A stretch of 64,000 nucleotides of DNA from a bacterium (GTDB lineage Bacteria > UBA8248): assembly GCA_965213625.1 (NCBI GenBank), contig CBDBZU010000004.1, positions 896,001-960,000 of the forward strand, read 5' to 3'. A program made the position numbers and the translations under genes. Shown piece after piece: positions 31,397 to 42,190 of this stretch (the stretch's first letter is position 1; the number at the start of each line of letters is the position of its first letter). The notes under the pieces are model-generated. The model had not been told where the DNA came from. It worked only from the letters and a program-made list of their open reading frames with translations, and made no database searches.

Positions 31397-31555
31397 CGCC
31401 CGTTTTCAGACGGTGGGGGGTTTCGCGCGGGGGTGAAGTCCTTGTAGTCTGTTGAAAGTATTTCGGGTATTTATATTTTGTGAGTTTCGTGCAGGATTTG
31501 CTTGTTGTAAGAAGTAATCAGATCGGAAGCGGACGAATTCAAACTTCTGCGCATC
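31397..31555 (+). other. Copy 2 of ~160-bp att-like non-coding element
   Basis: Aligns with 45282-45439: CGCCCGTTT..GACGGTGGGGGG..GCGGGGGTGAA..TGTAGT..TTGAAA..GTAATCA..CG.AAGCGGA.GAATTCAAACTTCTGCG.ATC. Confidence 0.75.
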
Positions 31556-31665
31556 TTGGGGAGTTTATATCGACGAAATGGGGTATCCGATGGGGTGGAC
31601 GCGCCTTCCCGGTGCCATCAAACTGGGCGAGTTGACATGGTCTGCCGCCCTGCGGGAGGAGCGAG

Positions 31666-32691
31666 ATGGAACAGGTCCACATCATCGGCATCGACTTGGC
31701 GAAACACGGATTTGGGCTCCACGGCGCGCGCGTAGACGGGTCGGTCGCGTTCCGCAAGAAGCTGACGCGGGGGAAGGTGTTGGGTTTTCTGGAATCGCAG
31801 CCTCAGTGCCGGGTTGCGATGGAGGCATGCGGGAGTGCGCACTATTGGGGCCGCGAGATCGGCGAACTCGGCCATGAGGTGAAGATCATGCCACCGCGAT
31901 ATGTGAAGGCGTTCGTCAAACGTCAGAAGAACGACGACGCGGACGCGGAGGCGATCTGCGAGGCGGCTTCGCGTCCGAGTATGCGCTTCGTGGCGGTGAA
32001 GAGCGAAGCACAGCAGGCCCAGGGCATGCTGTTCCGCACGCGCGATCTCCTGGTTCGCCAGCGTACGCAGACTGTCAATGCGTTGCGTGGTCACTTCGCG
32101 GAGTTCGGGATCATCGCTCCGCAGGGACTGGTGAATACCTCTCGCCTGGCGGCGGCTCTTGGAGACTCGGTTACGGAGCTGCCGGAGACGGTCCGCGAAC
32201 TGGGCGGGTTTCTGCTCGGGCAGATCGCCGACCTGAACAAGAGAGTCGGGGAACTGGAGAGCCGGATCCGCTCCGGCGCTTACGAGGACGAGGAGGCGAG
32301 GAGGCTGATGAGCATCCCGGGAATCGGGCCGATCTGCGCGTCGGCGATACTGGCCTTCGCGCCGCCGATGGAGAGCTTCCGGAGCGGGCGGGACTTCTCC
32401 GCCTGCCTCGGCCTCGTGCCCCGGCAGAACTCCACGGGCGGCAAAACACGGCTGGGCAGGATATCGAAGATGGGCCAGCGTGACATCAGGCGGCTGTTGA
32501 TCATGGGCGCGATGACGGTGGTGCGCTGGGCGGACCGGCGCGGTGCGCCGCCGGGTTCATGGCTCGCCCGGATGCTGGCGCGCAAGCCGAGGATGCTGGT
32601 CGCGGTAGCGCTGGCCAACAGGATGGCGCGCATCGCTTGGGCGCTGATGGCGAAAAGAGAATTCTACAGGGAGCCTGCGCCGGTCATCTGA
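31666..32691 (+). CDS. IS110 family transposase/recombinase
   Basis: GIDLAK, MEAC, KNDDADAEAI (DEDD), SIPGIG, LGLVPRQNSTGG. Confidence 0.96.
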   Translation: MEQVHIIGIDLAKHGFGLHGARVDGSVAFRKKLTRGKVLGFLESQPQCRVAMEACGSAHYWGREIGELGHEVKIMPPRYVKAFVKRQKNDDADAEAICEAASRPSMRFVAVKSEAQQAQGMLFRTRDLLVRQRTQTVNALRGHFAEFGIIAPQGLVNTSRLAAALGDSVTELPETVRELGGFLLGQIADLNKRVGELESRIRSGAYEDEEARRLMSIPGIGPICASAILAFAPPMESFRSGRDFSACLGLVPRQNSTGGKTRLGRISKMGQRDIRRLLIMGAMTVVRWADRRGAPPGSWLARMLARKPRMLVAVALANRMARIAWALMAKREFYREPAPVI

Positions 32692-32949
32692 GCGGGCGAG
32701 CAGGAGAATATAGCCGGGAGGAATGTAAGCAGGTCGGAGGATAGTGTAGGGGCAAACGGTCAACGAGGCGGGATCGGGAAAACCAGGGACCGAACGGAGA
32801 GCTTCGAAGCTCGCGTAAGCGATATGGACCCGGTCCTCGCATTTCCATACGGGCCCGCGGCAAAAGTAACGCCGCAATCGAGAGGCCGGATACACGAATG
32901 CGCCTGACCACTTTGCGCCGAACTATTCAAAACCATGCTTGCAATCATG
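32692..32949 (+). ncRNA. Candidate bridge/seek RNA in IS1111 right non-coding end
   Basis: ~260-nt non-coding region between the transposase stop and the right IR; position matches known IS1111 organisation; structure not computed. Confidence 0.5.
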
Positions 32950-33256
32950 GGCGCGTCCATACACGTTCATCTAAGCCCGGCTCGAGCTACCCACAACATG
33001 ATAAAGCGCAAGCTTGATGACAAGTTTACTGGTATGATGAGCAAGTTGAGAGTGCGCGTATGTTCAGTAAACGCTTGATTCTCTGGTATCCCTCAAATGA
33101 CGAAAGTATAGAGTCAGACAAACACGATCGGACAAGGCAACGGACGGAAGTCCGGCGCCCTAGTAGAGTGAGTCTTTGAAAATTCACGGCTTGGGGACAT
33201 TTTCAACTGGCTTGAACGATACCTATTCTTAGGCAAAATCCGATTGGGAGGATGTA

Positions 33257-34195
33257 ATGATGTCGATGCGCTGGATAAAGCTGGCGGTGCTGTTTGCGTT
33301 GGTCGCCCTAACCGCAGCTTCCAAAATATCGGGGGAGGAATCCGCTCCCAAGGCGATGCGGTCCCCGACGAGCGCACCGGCGGTTCCGCGCAATCAGGCG
33401 GCGACGATTGCCGTGAATTGCGCGGGCTGGAACACAGGAACCTTCTTCGAGAAGGCGAGCGTTGACCGAGTGCGTGAATGCCTGGGGGCCGGGGTGAATC
33501 CGAACGCGCGGGACAAGCGGGATAGGACCCCCCTGCATTGGGCGGCGTTCAATAATAAGAACCTCACCGTCATCAGCGCCCTGCTCAATGCCGGCGCCAA
33601 CCCCAAGGCGCGGGACAAGCGGGGCAATACCCCCCTGCACTTTGCGGCCAGGAACGAGAACTCCACCGTCATCACCGAATTGCTCAAAGCCGGCGTCAAC
33701 CCAAGTGCGCGGGACAAGGAGGGGTATACCCCCCTGCATGACGCCTTTCGGCGAGCAAAATCCGGCATTGTCGTCGTCCTGCTTGAAGCGGGCGCGGACC
33801 CGAACATCAAAAACAGCAACGGGGACAGGGCGGAAGACGTGGACAGGATGAACATCGCAGAGCACGCGAACGTCGCGCAGGCCCTGGCCAAGGCGGGTTC
33901 CAAAGGGCGGGCCTACGGATCGGAGAAGCAAAAAAGAAAAGAAGCGCAGGAACGAGCGCGCAGAAGAGCCGAACAGGCACGCGAGAGAGCCGAACGGGCG
34001 CGCAAAAGATCCGAACGGCGGGCAGCGAGGCGCATCGCGAGAATCCGGAAGGAGAACAGGCACGCGCGGGCGGAGTACAGGCGGTTTAATGAGGAACTCG
34101 GAAGACTAAGAGAAGAAGACCGGATTGAGCGGAAGCGGCAAAGAACCGTGACGAGACGACAGCAACACCAAAAAGAGGCCGGAATCCGCGAGTAG
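33257..34195 (+). CDS. Secreted ankyrin-repeat protein with Arg/Glu-rich coiled coil
   Basis: Signal peptide; repeats ARDK.G.TPLH.A...LL.AG.NP; frame stays open after TAG at 34193. Confidence 0.88.
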   Translation: MMSMRWIKLAVLFALVALTAASKISGEESAPKAMRSPTSAPAVPRNQAATIAVNCAGWNTGTFFEKASVDRVRECLGAGVNPNARDKRDRTPLHWAAFNNKNLTVISALLNAGANPKARDKRGNTPLHFAARNENSTVITELLKAGVNPSARDKEGYTPLHDAFRRAKSGIVVVLLEAGADPNIKNSNGDRAEDVDRMNIAEHANVAQALAKAGSKGRAYGSEKQKRKEAQERARRRAEQARERAERARKRSERRAARRIARIRKENRHARAEYRRFNEELGRLREEDRIERKRQRTVTRRQQHQKEAGIRE

Positions 34196-34790
34196 ATCGC
34201 GCGGGTATTGAAGCATGACGAGAAAGGCTGCAGAGCTATCGCGGAGCGTACGGAGCATCGGGTAAGGGGTGCTTGCTTCGCCCTGAACAATTTCAGCGGG
34301 TCCCTGCGGCAAAAGAAATTCCGGGAATGCCGGGAGATGAAGAAAGCCCGCGAACAACTACTGAGATGGTGCGAGAAGAACATCAGGAGGTGTCTCGACA
34401 GAAAACGTGTACACATGCAAAACCAAAAGACACAAGCAATGACATATGCAGCGCGCCGTAGAGGGGTGGATAAGGGGCGGGCCCACTGGCGTGAAATGGA
34501 AAGCGAGGTGCACCCACTGACGTGCCAGGGAGTTGAACGGGGAGAACGGCGCGCCCGGCCGCTCGCCTGGATACAAGGCGCTGCCCACCACGCCGACGAT
34601 GGGCGTCATGAGGAAGTACAGCGATATCCTGGCGGACGAATACCTGAGCAGTAGATGATTCCGGCAGGCCGGGAGCAACGCACCCGCTATGACACCCATG
34701 TAGAAACACCGCGAAAATCTGCGGGGCGCCGATGAGGATGCAGGAATCCGCCTGGAGGGAGCCGCCCGCGTCGAGGCTGTTCGAGAAACC

Positions 34791-35291
34791 GTGACGGTGC
34801 CCTCCATCGGCATCGCGAAGCCCGGCGCGCACCATGATGATGCGCTCGCCCGGAGGTGGCGCAGCTACCGCAGAACCCGGAACCACAAGGTGTTCGCCCT
34901 TGGAGAAGAAAGTCCGTTCGGGTGGTCCGCCGGACGAGCCTCCGTCAGGGAGGCGAAAGAGGCCGCGATGCGCGATTGCGAGAAGAGAGGCGCTTCATGC
35001 CGAATCGTCTCGATTGACGGGTGGCCCGAAGCGAGGACTTCGACAGCCCAACTGAAGCTCACCTTCGCCGATCAGGTCTGGTACTGCGAGAATTTCCCCG
35101 ACGGCCGGCAGTGCTCGAAATTCCGGGGCAAGGGGGCAAAGCCGGCCTTGCGCGTCGAGAACATTCCCGCAGTAGCGAATGCGACCGGGAGGGCCGATCA
35201 CGAGTCCTGGCATCGGATCCCCGTCAGCCAAGGCGAATCGATGAACATGAGCCTCGGGAACCGTTCCTGCGACGGCGCTTCGACCCTTTAG
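34791..35291 (+). CDS. DUF4189-like domain protein or fragment
   Basis: FALG...FGWS.G....EA...A...C.K.G..CRIV. Confidence 0.45.
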   Translation: MTVPSIGIAKPGAHHDDALARRWRSYRRTRNHKVFALGEESPFGWSAGRASVREAKEAAMRDCEKRGASCRIVSIDGWPEARTSTAQLKLTFADQVWYCENFPDGRQCSKFRGKGAKPALRVENIPAVANATGRADHESWHRIPVSQGESMNMSLGNRSCDGASTL

Positions 35292-35361
35292 GCTAGCCAA
35301 GTCCGACAGGCTGTTAACCCGTAACCTTTTGTTTATTGTTATATATTGACAATATAATAGT

Positions 35362-36948
35362 TTGCAGCCGGCAATACACATCGATGGCGATATTCTGGTT
35401 TGCCGTTACCGTGTTGGCTCCTCGAGGAGGCGCGAGACAGTGCTGCGATTCGGATACCAAGTCGGGACCTATCGCTTCGGCAAACGGGTGCTGGGTCTCT
35501 ATTTCGCCCAGGCGGCTTTTGCGCTCGGATTTTGCGGCGCGGCCGAGCCCGCGAGCGCTTCGCTGGAACGGGAACTAACGTTGTCCGAATGCATCGTACT
35601 GGCCGTCCGGAACAATCGGGATCTCGCCGCCGGCCGTCTCGACAGGCTGGCGCAGAAGCTGTCCCTTCAGGATGCCGAGGATGAGTTCCGCCCGTCTCCC
35701 GCGCTTGGCCTGGCCCTGGAGCAGGACTCGACGGGGTCCGCACTCGTACGTGAGAATACCTCAACCATCAGGATCTCGCCCCGGGTAACGCTGCGCATCC
35801 CCACTGGGGGGAAATTCAACCTGAGCTCGGACAATAGGGTGTCGAGCGCGAACATCTCCAAACGCTACGCCCAGAGCGTGGTGATCGAGTTCGTCCAGCC
35901 GTTGCTGAGGGGCGGCGGAACCGAGGTCGGCTCCTCCGGGGTCGTGACGGCAAGGCGCGCGGAACAGAGCGGCGCCCTCGGCTTCAAATCGGCGGTCATC
36001 GGGATCGTCACCCGGGCGATCCTCGCCTACCGGAACGTCATTCGTTCGACACGCGCGGTAGAGATCGCCAGGCGCTCGGTACAGCGGGCCCGCAAACTGC
36101 TGGAGGTGAACCGGATCCTGATCCAGACCGGCAGGATGGCCAGGCAGGATATTGTACAGACCGAGGCGAACATCGCGGAGCGCGAGCTCGGCCTGACCGA
36201 AGCGGAGGGTGCGCTGAACGACGCCCGCCTGGCCCTGATCAATATCCTGGAATTCGACAGCCGGACCCGTATCCGGCTGACTGAGCCGTTGCGCATGGAG
36301 GAGACGAAGCACGAGGCCGACCGCGCCGTGCATCTGGCGTTGCAGAACCGTACCGACTATCTCCAGGCGCAGCTGAGCGTCGAGAACGCCGAGAACGCTC
36401 TCATGCTGGCCGACAACGCGCGCAAGTGGGGTCTGGACCTCTCCGTGTCGGCGAGGTTCGGACACAGCGGGAGTTCGTTTTCGGAGGCCTACCGCCGGTT
36501 CGACGACAACTACGGGGCGGGGCTCAGCGTGGACATCCCCGTGGGAGCAAACGCGGACGCCCGGCAGCGCAACTACGAGAGGGCTAGGCTCGCCCTGCGA
36601 CGGTCGCACTTGCGAGTCGCGGAGCTGCGCCAGTCGATCGAGGTCAAGGTGCGGGCCGCCCTGCACGATGTCAAGGTGTTGTTCCGGCGCGCGGAGCTCG
36701 CCCGGCGGGCCAGGGAGCTGACCGAGCGGAAACTCGAGATCGAGCAGGCCAAGCTGCAAGCCGGTTTGACAACGAACTTCCGCGTCGTCCGGTTCGAGGA
36801 CGATCTCGTCAGGAGCCAGAACAGTGAAGTCGGAGCCGTCATCGGGTATCTCAATGCTTTGACGGCGTTCGACCAGACGCTGGGGACGACGCTCGATACC
36901 TGGGGGATTGAGTTCGAGTCGTCGGTCGATGTGGGGGTGGGCAAATGA
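35362..36948 (+). CDS. TolC-family outer membrane channel (module A, intact)
   Basis: LTLSECIVLAV.NN.DL, QPLLRGGG, AL.NR.DY, GLTTNF.V; start uncertain. Confidence 0.88.
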   Translation: MQPAIHIDGDILVCRYRVGSSRRRETVLRFGYQVGTYRFGKRVLGLYFAQAAFALGFCGAAEPASASLERELTLSECIVLAVRNNRDLAAGRLDRLAQKLSLQDAEDEFRPSPALGLALEQDSTGSALVRENTSTIRISPRVTLRIPTGGKFNLSSDNRVSSANISKRYAQSVVIEFVQPLLRGGGTEVGSSGVVTARRAEQSGALGFKSAVIGIVTRAILAYRNVIRSTRAVEIARRSVQRARKLLEVNRILIQTGRMARQDIVQTEANIAERELGLTEAEGALNDARLALINILEFDSRTRIRLTEPLRMEETKHEADRAVHLALQNRTDYLQAQLSVENAENALMLADNARKWGLDLSVSARFGHSGSSFSEAYRRFDDNYGAGLSVDIPVGANADARQRNYERARLALRRSHLRVAELRQSIEVKVRAALHDVKVLFRRAELARRARELTERKLEIEQAKLQAGLTTNFRVVRFEDDLVRSQNSEVGAVIGYLNALTAFDQTLGTTLDTWGIEFESSVDVGVGK

Positions 36949-37600
36949 TGATCGAAGCATCCCCGCTCCCGGACGGGTCAGCGAGGGCGCGGTGCGGGAC
37001 TCGCTGCTTCAACGCAACGTGCTGATAAGCATGAACGACGGGGTCATGATCATTGATTCCGGCGGCCGCATCGGGATCGCCAACCTCGCAACTTCTCGTC
37101 TGCTCGTTCAGGCTTGCGCTGACGTCGAGTCTAAGGCGTTCACCGAGGTTTTCCTCCATCTCGGCGGGCTGGAGAAATTCAGCGATACCATGCTCGCGGC
37201 GGTCTACGACAGGGGGTTCGGGACCCGCTCCAAGGTTCGCGTGCGTCTCGGTGACGACACGGAGCGGTCTCTCGCCGTCACGACCTCCTACCTGGTCGAC
37301 CACGAGGACGGGGAAACCCGGAGAATCGGCAGCGGCGCCGTGTTCATCGACATCACCGAGATCAAGGCGCTGCGCAAGGCCGAGCAGGAGTTCGCAGCCT
37401 CGATGGGGGAACATAACGTCAGGCTCCGCGACGCCTATCGCTAGATTGAAGAAACGAACAAGGCCCTGATTTCGGTGCTTAAAAAGATGGCGGTGGTGCG
37501 GTGGGCCGCCATGGTTCTCGTCGTCGTCCTGATTGGGGGGCGCCGCATGGTACGTCTTGGACGAGACGGGGGCACGTTGTAGGCCGAAATTGCGACAGTG
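36945..37600 (+). pseudogene. PAS-TM-MFP fusion, module A paralog (truncated)
   Basis: MNDGVMIIDSGGRI..AN...RSLAVTTS...DITEIK.LR matches the N-terminus at 39649; TAG at 37442, TM helix, then homology lost. Confidence 0.8.
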
Positions 37601-38149
37601 TCGGCAGCGGCGCCGACGGATGCGGAAGATGTGCCGACCCAGGGTGAATGCCCCGGTTACTTTCGTGACTAAGCCGCCGCGTGGCGGAGGTCTCCGCTCC
37701 GTATTACTGCGACGGCTTTACGCCAACCCTTCCCGGCGAGCTTGCGCCGGATCATGGTCCGCCTGCATTCCATCCAACACTCCGCTTCATCTCCCTCCGC
37801 GCCTGTGTTCCCTTCCCGTCGCTCAGGACGGTCAGGTCCGTGTCCACAGTCGCTACACAATCGGTTGCCGGTCGATTGCCTAGCGCATGGCGATGCAATA
37901 CGCTCGGCAATCCAATTTTATGCGTCGGAATCGACAGGATCGTCCCCGCCACGAGCGCCGTCAGCGCATGATTTCGGCAATATCGTCGGCCGAGAGGTGG
38001 GGGAGGACCGCGACGGCCTTGCAATGCGTGGAGGGTTGGGTTGGAAGCGGGCCGGGCGGATCGAAAATCGGGCACGGTTTCCATCCGCGCCAGTCCCAGG
38101 CGAGGCTGGAGGGGAGCAACCAAATGGTCCGAAATTCTCGGAAAGCTCG

Positions 38150-38660
38150 CGGGAAATCGAAGAATTACTCCGCGATAAGCACGAGAACAAACTCGAAAGC
38201 ATCGTTAGCGACGGGCGCCTGGAGATGTCGGAGGCACTAGAACCAGCTTGAGGCGTGTGCCAGCCATTCATCCGGAAACGCCCGTAGAGGCGGAACGAAA
38301 CCGACCTCAGACAGGAACCTCGACGCACTCGCTTGGCGTAATCCGTTCTACCGTGTCTTTGTATGTGGCCACTGAAATGGACTTCGACGCTTCGTCGCTG
38401 TTGAATACCAGCTTGCCCGAGACTGAAGCGAAATCCATCCCTTGCGTGGCCGATCCGCCAGCCGTTTCGTAAGACCAGCGATAGGACCAGTCGCTCGGCG
38501 GGATGCCCGTTTCTAACTTGAACACTGCGTCATTGCCTTCGCATGCTTTCGCATCTGACGCCGACGCGGCCGGAGAGATCATCGCCCCGGCTGCCAGTGC
38601 GGCCGCAAATACAGAGCACTGAACGACCCGCGCGAAGCCCTTGTTCGAAGCAGTCTTCAT
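38150..38660 (-). pseudogene. Secreted Calx-beta domain protein, module A paralog (frameshifted near 38330)
   Basis: Signal peptide; YETAGGSATQGMDF..VSGKLVF...KSISV.T..D; similar to 44339-44857. Confidence 0.7.
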
Positions 38661-39099
38661 AATGGCGTCTCCTTTTCCTCTGAATGCGCCCCAGAAATCG
38701 GCCAGTATGCGTTATTGATAGAACAGAGACAAAACTACTTTGTTACAAAACCCCACTATCTCTACGATATCATGGTGTTAGTGGCAATATCAAACTTGCC
38801 CGCTCCCCGTGATTACAGGTCGAGTATTTCACACGGTATGGGTTGACATTGACAATATGGCCTCGCTAGAATTTCCCGATAAGCTCAGAGCGTCTTGCGG
38901 CGTGGCCACCGCGATTCTGCCAGACAGTTCTCGGTTGCCCCGCTGAAATGGGGTAGATTCCCGGAGGAGGGATGCCCACGAAAGGCTCTCGCTTGTCACC
39001 GTAGTCTCACAGAGGGTGCACGTGACCAACGGAATCGATGTTCGTCGCACGTGGACAAGGCCGGTTGGATCGTCCGGGTAATCGACGGCGGCAAGTCTC

Positions 39100-39652
39100 A
39101 GCCTGCCTTGGACTGCGTTCGGCTCATCGCCGGATCTGGCGAGGTGTTTGTGAGCCGTCGTCTCCGTTCTATGGGTCTGGGCGCTGGTTCCTGCGACCCC
39201 CCAGACGCCTACGACGGCGGACGATCTCCCTGGCTGCGCCGCCAATGTTTGCGACTTGACGCTTAAGGACGTGATCGGGCTGGTGCTGGCGCGCAACCGC
39301 CCGATCCTCAACAGCCGGCTCGACCGGGAGGTGCGACGATTTTCGCTGGACGTATCCGAGGACCGCTGGAGCCCCCGTGTCACCATCGGCCCATATGCTA
39401 GCAGGAACCGGCAGGACGACAAGGAGGGCTTCCGCACGTACACGAGCCTGCGCGTTCGCGCTCGGGTGGGACGAAAACCTGACGAAGAGGTCCGACGGCT
39501 CCAGTTCGCAGGCCTTCAACTTTTCCTAGCCCTTGCTGAAGGGCGCTTGGGCTCGTATCGACAGCGCAACGGTGCGCCAGGCGCAGTTCGACCGGATTTC
39601 CGGACAAGTGCTGGATCGCGGGGACATCCGGCTGGAGGCAGTTCTGCAATGA
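39100..39652 (+). pseudogene. TolC-family gene, module B, with large internal deletion
   Basis: LTLKDVIGLVLARNR..RLDR and LLKG..V joined directly to C-terminal FDRISGQVLDRGDI, matching both ends of the 35362 TolC. Confidence 0.75.
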
Positions 39653-41409
39653 CGGACCGTGGCCCTGACATTTACCGTACACTCCTGGAGAACCTGTCCG
39701 ACGGGGTGATGGTCATCGGTTTCGACGGGTCGGTCAGACTGGCGAATACCGCCTTCTGCCGGATGTTCGGTCTCGACCCCGCTGAAGCGGTCGGGGATTC
39801 CTTCGGGGAGCTCTTTGTCACGTTTGAGGGCTTCGACGAGTTTACCCAGTTCGTCCTCGACACCGTTGCCGAACGCGGTGAGATCGCGCGGCGCATCACG
39901 CGGGTTCGCGCCGGCGAGGAACTTCGGTCGCTGTCCGTCACGACCTCCTCCCTGACGGCGGAGGGAGAACGGCTGGCGGTGATAGTCGTGGTCTCCGACA
40001 TCACCGAAGTTCGGGAGTTGCGCGAGACCGAGTTGCGCCAAGCGGAGGTCATCGAGACACAGCTCAGCGAGCTCCAGGGCGCCTATCGCGACCTTGAGAC
40101 CCGGAACGAGGCGCTCTCGGCGATGACGAGGCGCGTCAACACGGCACGCAGCGCGGCGATGTTTTTTGTCATGGTACTGTTCCTCGCCATTGGCGCCTTG
40201 TATGTCCGGCCGCTGGATTTCTTCATCGCCACTGCTACGCGCGACGCCGGCACGGGCATCGAAGTCGGCGATCCCGGTGTGCTGCCGACTGTGACCGTTC
40301 AGCCCCGCGAATTCCAGTCCACCATCGCGCTCAAGGGCCATCTAGCGCCGGGCCGCGTCGCTGAGATCGTCAGCCCGATCGAAAGTCATGTGAGCGAGGT
40401 GCATGCCGCCCCCGGGGACCGGGTGGCAGCGGGCGATCCACTGGTCGATCTCGATACCGGTCAGCTCGACGCGGACCACCGGCGGGCCCAGGTCGAGCAT
40501 ATCAAGGCGCGTGATCGGCTTGTCAAGATCGAGGCCTGGGAGAAGAGCGCCGACATGGCGCGCGCCCGACGCGCCTTGCGGCGGGCGAAGATCGCGTTCG
40601 ACGACGCGGAGCGGCATCTCGGCGAGACCGCCTTCCTGCTGGAGCAAGGACTAGTCCCCGCTTCGCAGCACGAGAATGCGCAGCGGCAGCGGCAGAACCG
40701 GACCCTGGACCTTAAGGAGGCCCAGCGGGAACTGGAGGCGGTAAAGGCGAAGGGCGGCGACGAGGCGCGGCGGGTGGCGAGGCTGGAGGCCCAGACGGCC
40801 CAGGACCGCCTGCGCACGCATGAGGAGAAACTGGACCTGGCGCGGGTCTCGGCGCCGATCTCCGGGGTCGTCATAAAGGCGGATGGCCCTAGGGACAAGC
40901 CCCTGACGAAGGGACGCCTTGTGGGACAGGGAGAATTGATGCTGAGCATCGCGGATCAGGAGCGCCTCGCAGTGGTCACGAGCGTCAACGAGGTGGATGT
41001 GAGAAAGGTCGAGGCCGGCCAGCGGGCCTGGATCACCGGCCCCGGATTTCCCGGCCTGAGGGTCGTAGGCGCCGTGAGCCGCGTCTCGTCGCGCGCGGAC
41101 CGCAGGGGGCGTCGTCGCAACGTGCCGCAATTCGAGGTCGTCGTCACGCTCGACAGGTTGGAAGCGGAAGCCCGCCACCGACTGCGAGTCGGTATGTCGG
41201 CCTATGTCACGATCGTCGTCTACCACCGCCCGGCGGTCCTGATGGTCCCGATCGGCGCGGTAGGGCAGAGCGGCGGCGAAGCTTGGCTGCGCGTCCTCGC
41301 CGGCGGCGTTGCAGAGCGGCGCAAGGTCGAGCTCGGCCTCACCACGATCGATTCGGTCGAGGTGGTGAAGGGCCTCTCGCCCGGCGACAAGGTCGTCCTG
41401 GCCCGATGA
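39649..41409 (+). CDS. PAS domain-coiled coil-TM-MacA/HlyD-type periplasmic adaptor fusion
   Basis: N-terminal YRTLLENLSDGVMVIGFDGSVRLAN..F..MFG...SDITE (PAS); one TM; GDRVAAGDPL, SAPISGVV, EVDV..V..GQ, RVGMSA, GLSPGDKVV. Confidence 0.88.
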   Translation: MTDRGPDIYRTLLENLSDGVMVIGFDGSVRLANTAFCRMFGLDPAEAVGDSFGELFVTFEGFDEFTQFVLDTVAERGEIARRITRVRAGEELRSLSVTTSSLTAEGERLAVIVVVSDITEVRELRETELRQAEVIETQLSELQGAYRDLETRNEALSAMTRRVNTARSAAMFFVMVLFLAIGALYVRPLDFFIATATRDAGTGIEVGDPGVLPTVTVQPREFQSTIALKGHLAPGRVAEIVSPIESHVSEVHAAPGDRVAAGDPLVDLDTGQLDADHRRAQVEHIKARDRLVKIEAWEKSADMARARRALRRAKIAFDDAERHLGETAFLLEQGLVPASQHENAQRQRQNRTLDLKEAQRELEAVKAKGGDEARRVARLEAQTAQDRLRTHEEKLDLARVSAPISGVVIKADGPRDKPLTKGRLVGQGELMLSIADQERLAVVTSVNEVDVRKVEAGQRAWITGPGFPGLRVVGAVSRVSSRADRRGRRRNVPQFEVVVTLDRLEAEARHRLRVGMSAYVTIVVYHRPAVLMVPIGAVGQSGGEAWLRVLAGGVAERRKVELGLTTIDSVEVVKGLSPGDKVVLAR

Positions 41410-41434
41410 CCCGGAGCGACAGTTGGCGGGCGGG

Positions 41435-42175
41435 ATGCTGAAGCTGACCGATATCCGCAGGTCCTACCGGATCGGGCCGGTCACGACCGAGGTCCTGCGG
41501 GGCGTCGATCTGGAGGTCGAGGCGGGCGACCTGATGTCGATCATGGGGCCGTCGGGCAGCGGTAAGACGACACTCATGAACATTATCGGCCTGCTGGACC
41601 GCCCGAGCTCGGGTGGCTGCGTTCTCGACGGGCGCGACATATCCGGGCTCCGGGACGACGAACTCTCCGCTCTGCGGAGCCGGTATATCGGCTTTGTGTT
41701 CCAGTCCTTCCACCTACTGCCGCAACTGACTGCATTAAAGAATGTCTGCCTGCCGCTGGTCTATCGGGGCACCGGGCGGCCGGAGATGCGCCGCCGGGCT
41801 CTGGATATCCTGGAGCGTGTCGGCATGGCGGACCGGACCGGCCACCGGCCAGACCAACTTTCCGGCGGGCAGAAGCAGAGGGTCGCCATCGCCCGGGCGC
41901 TGGTGGGCGAGCCGGCCCTGCTGCTCGCCGACGAGCCGACCGGTGCGCTGGACACGGACACGGCCGACGAGGTGATGTCTCTGCTGCGGCGGCTGAATGA
42001 GGAGCGCGGCATCACGATCCTGATTATCACGCACGACCCGTCGGTCGCGGACCTGTGCGCGCGGCGGACGCGCATTCGCGACGGCAGGCTCTTCGAGCCG
42101 AAGGCTGGGCGCTCCGGGTCCGCCCTGCAACAATCCGGTCACGCCCCGGACGCCGCGGCGGCGTCCGGGGTGTAA
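41435..42175 (+). CDS. MacB/LolD-type ABC ATPase
   Basis: GPSGSGKTT, GFVFQSFHLL, LSGGQKQRVAIARAL, ADEPTGALD, ITHD. Confidence 0.95.
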   Translation: MLKLTDIRRSYRIGPVTTEVLRGVDLEVEAGDLMSIMGPSGSGKTTLMNIIGLLDRPSSGGCVLDGRDISGLRDDELSALRSRYIGFVFQSFHLLPQLTALKNVCLPLVYRGTGRPEMRRRALDILERVGMADRTGHRPDQLSGGQKQRVAIARALVGEPALLLADEPTGALDTDTADEVMSLLRRLNEERGITILIITHDPSVADLCARRTRIRDGRLFEPKAGRSGSALQQSGHAPDAAAASGV

Positions 42176-42190
42176 CGCGGGCGTCCGACG

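Larger units (their letters stand above)
31589..32963 (+). mobile_element. IS110 family, IS1111 group element
   Basis: Sub-terminal IRs TGGACGCGCC (31596-31605) and GGCGCGTCCA (32950-32959); long 3' non-coding end. Confidence 0.88.

Noticed and set aside
39256-39648. Apparent TolC-PAS-MFP triple fusion (717-aa ORF)
   Set aside because: The extension is the deleted, frameshifted TolC remnant; the PAS-MFP gene has its own GGAGG and ATG at 39649
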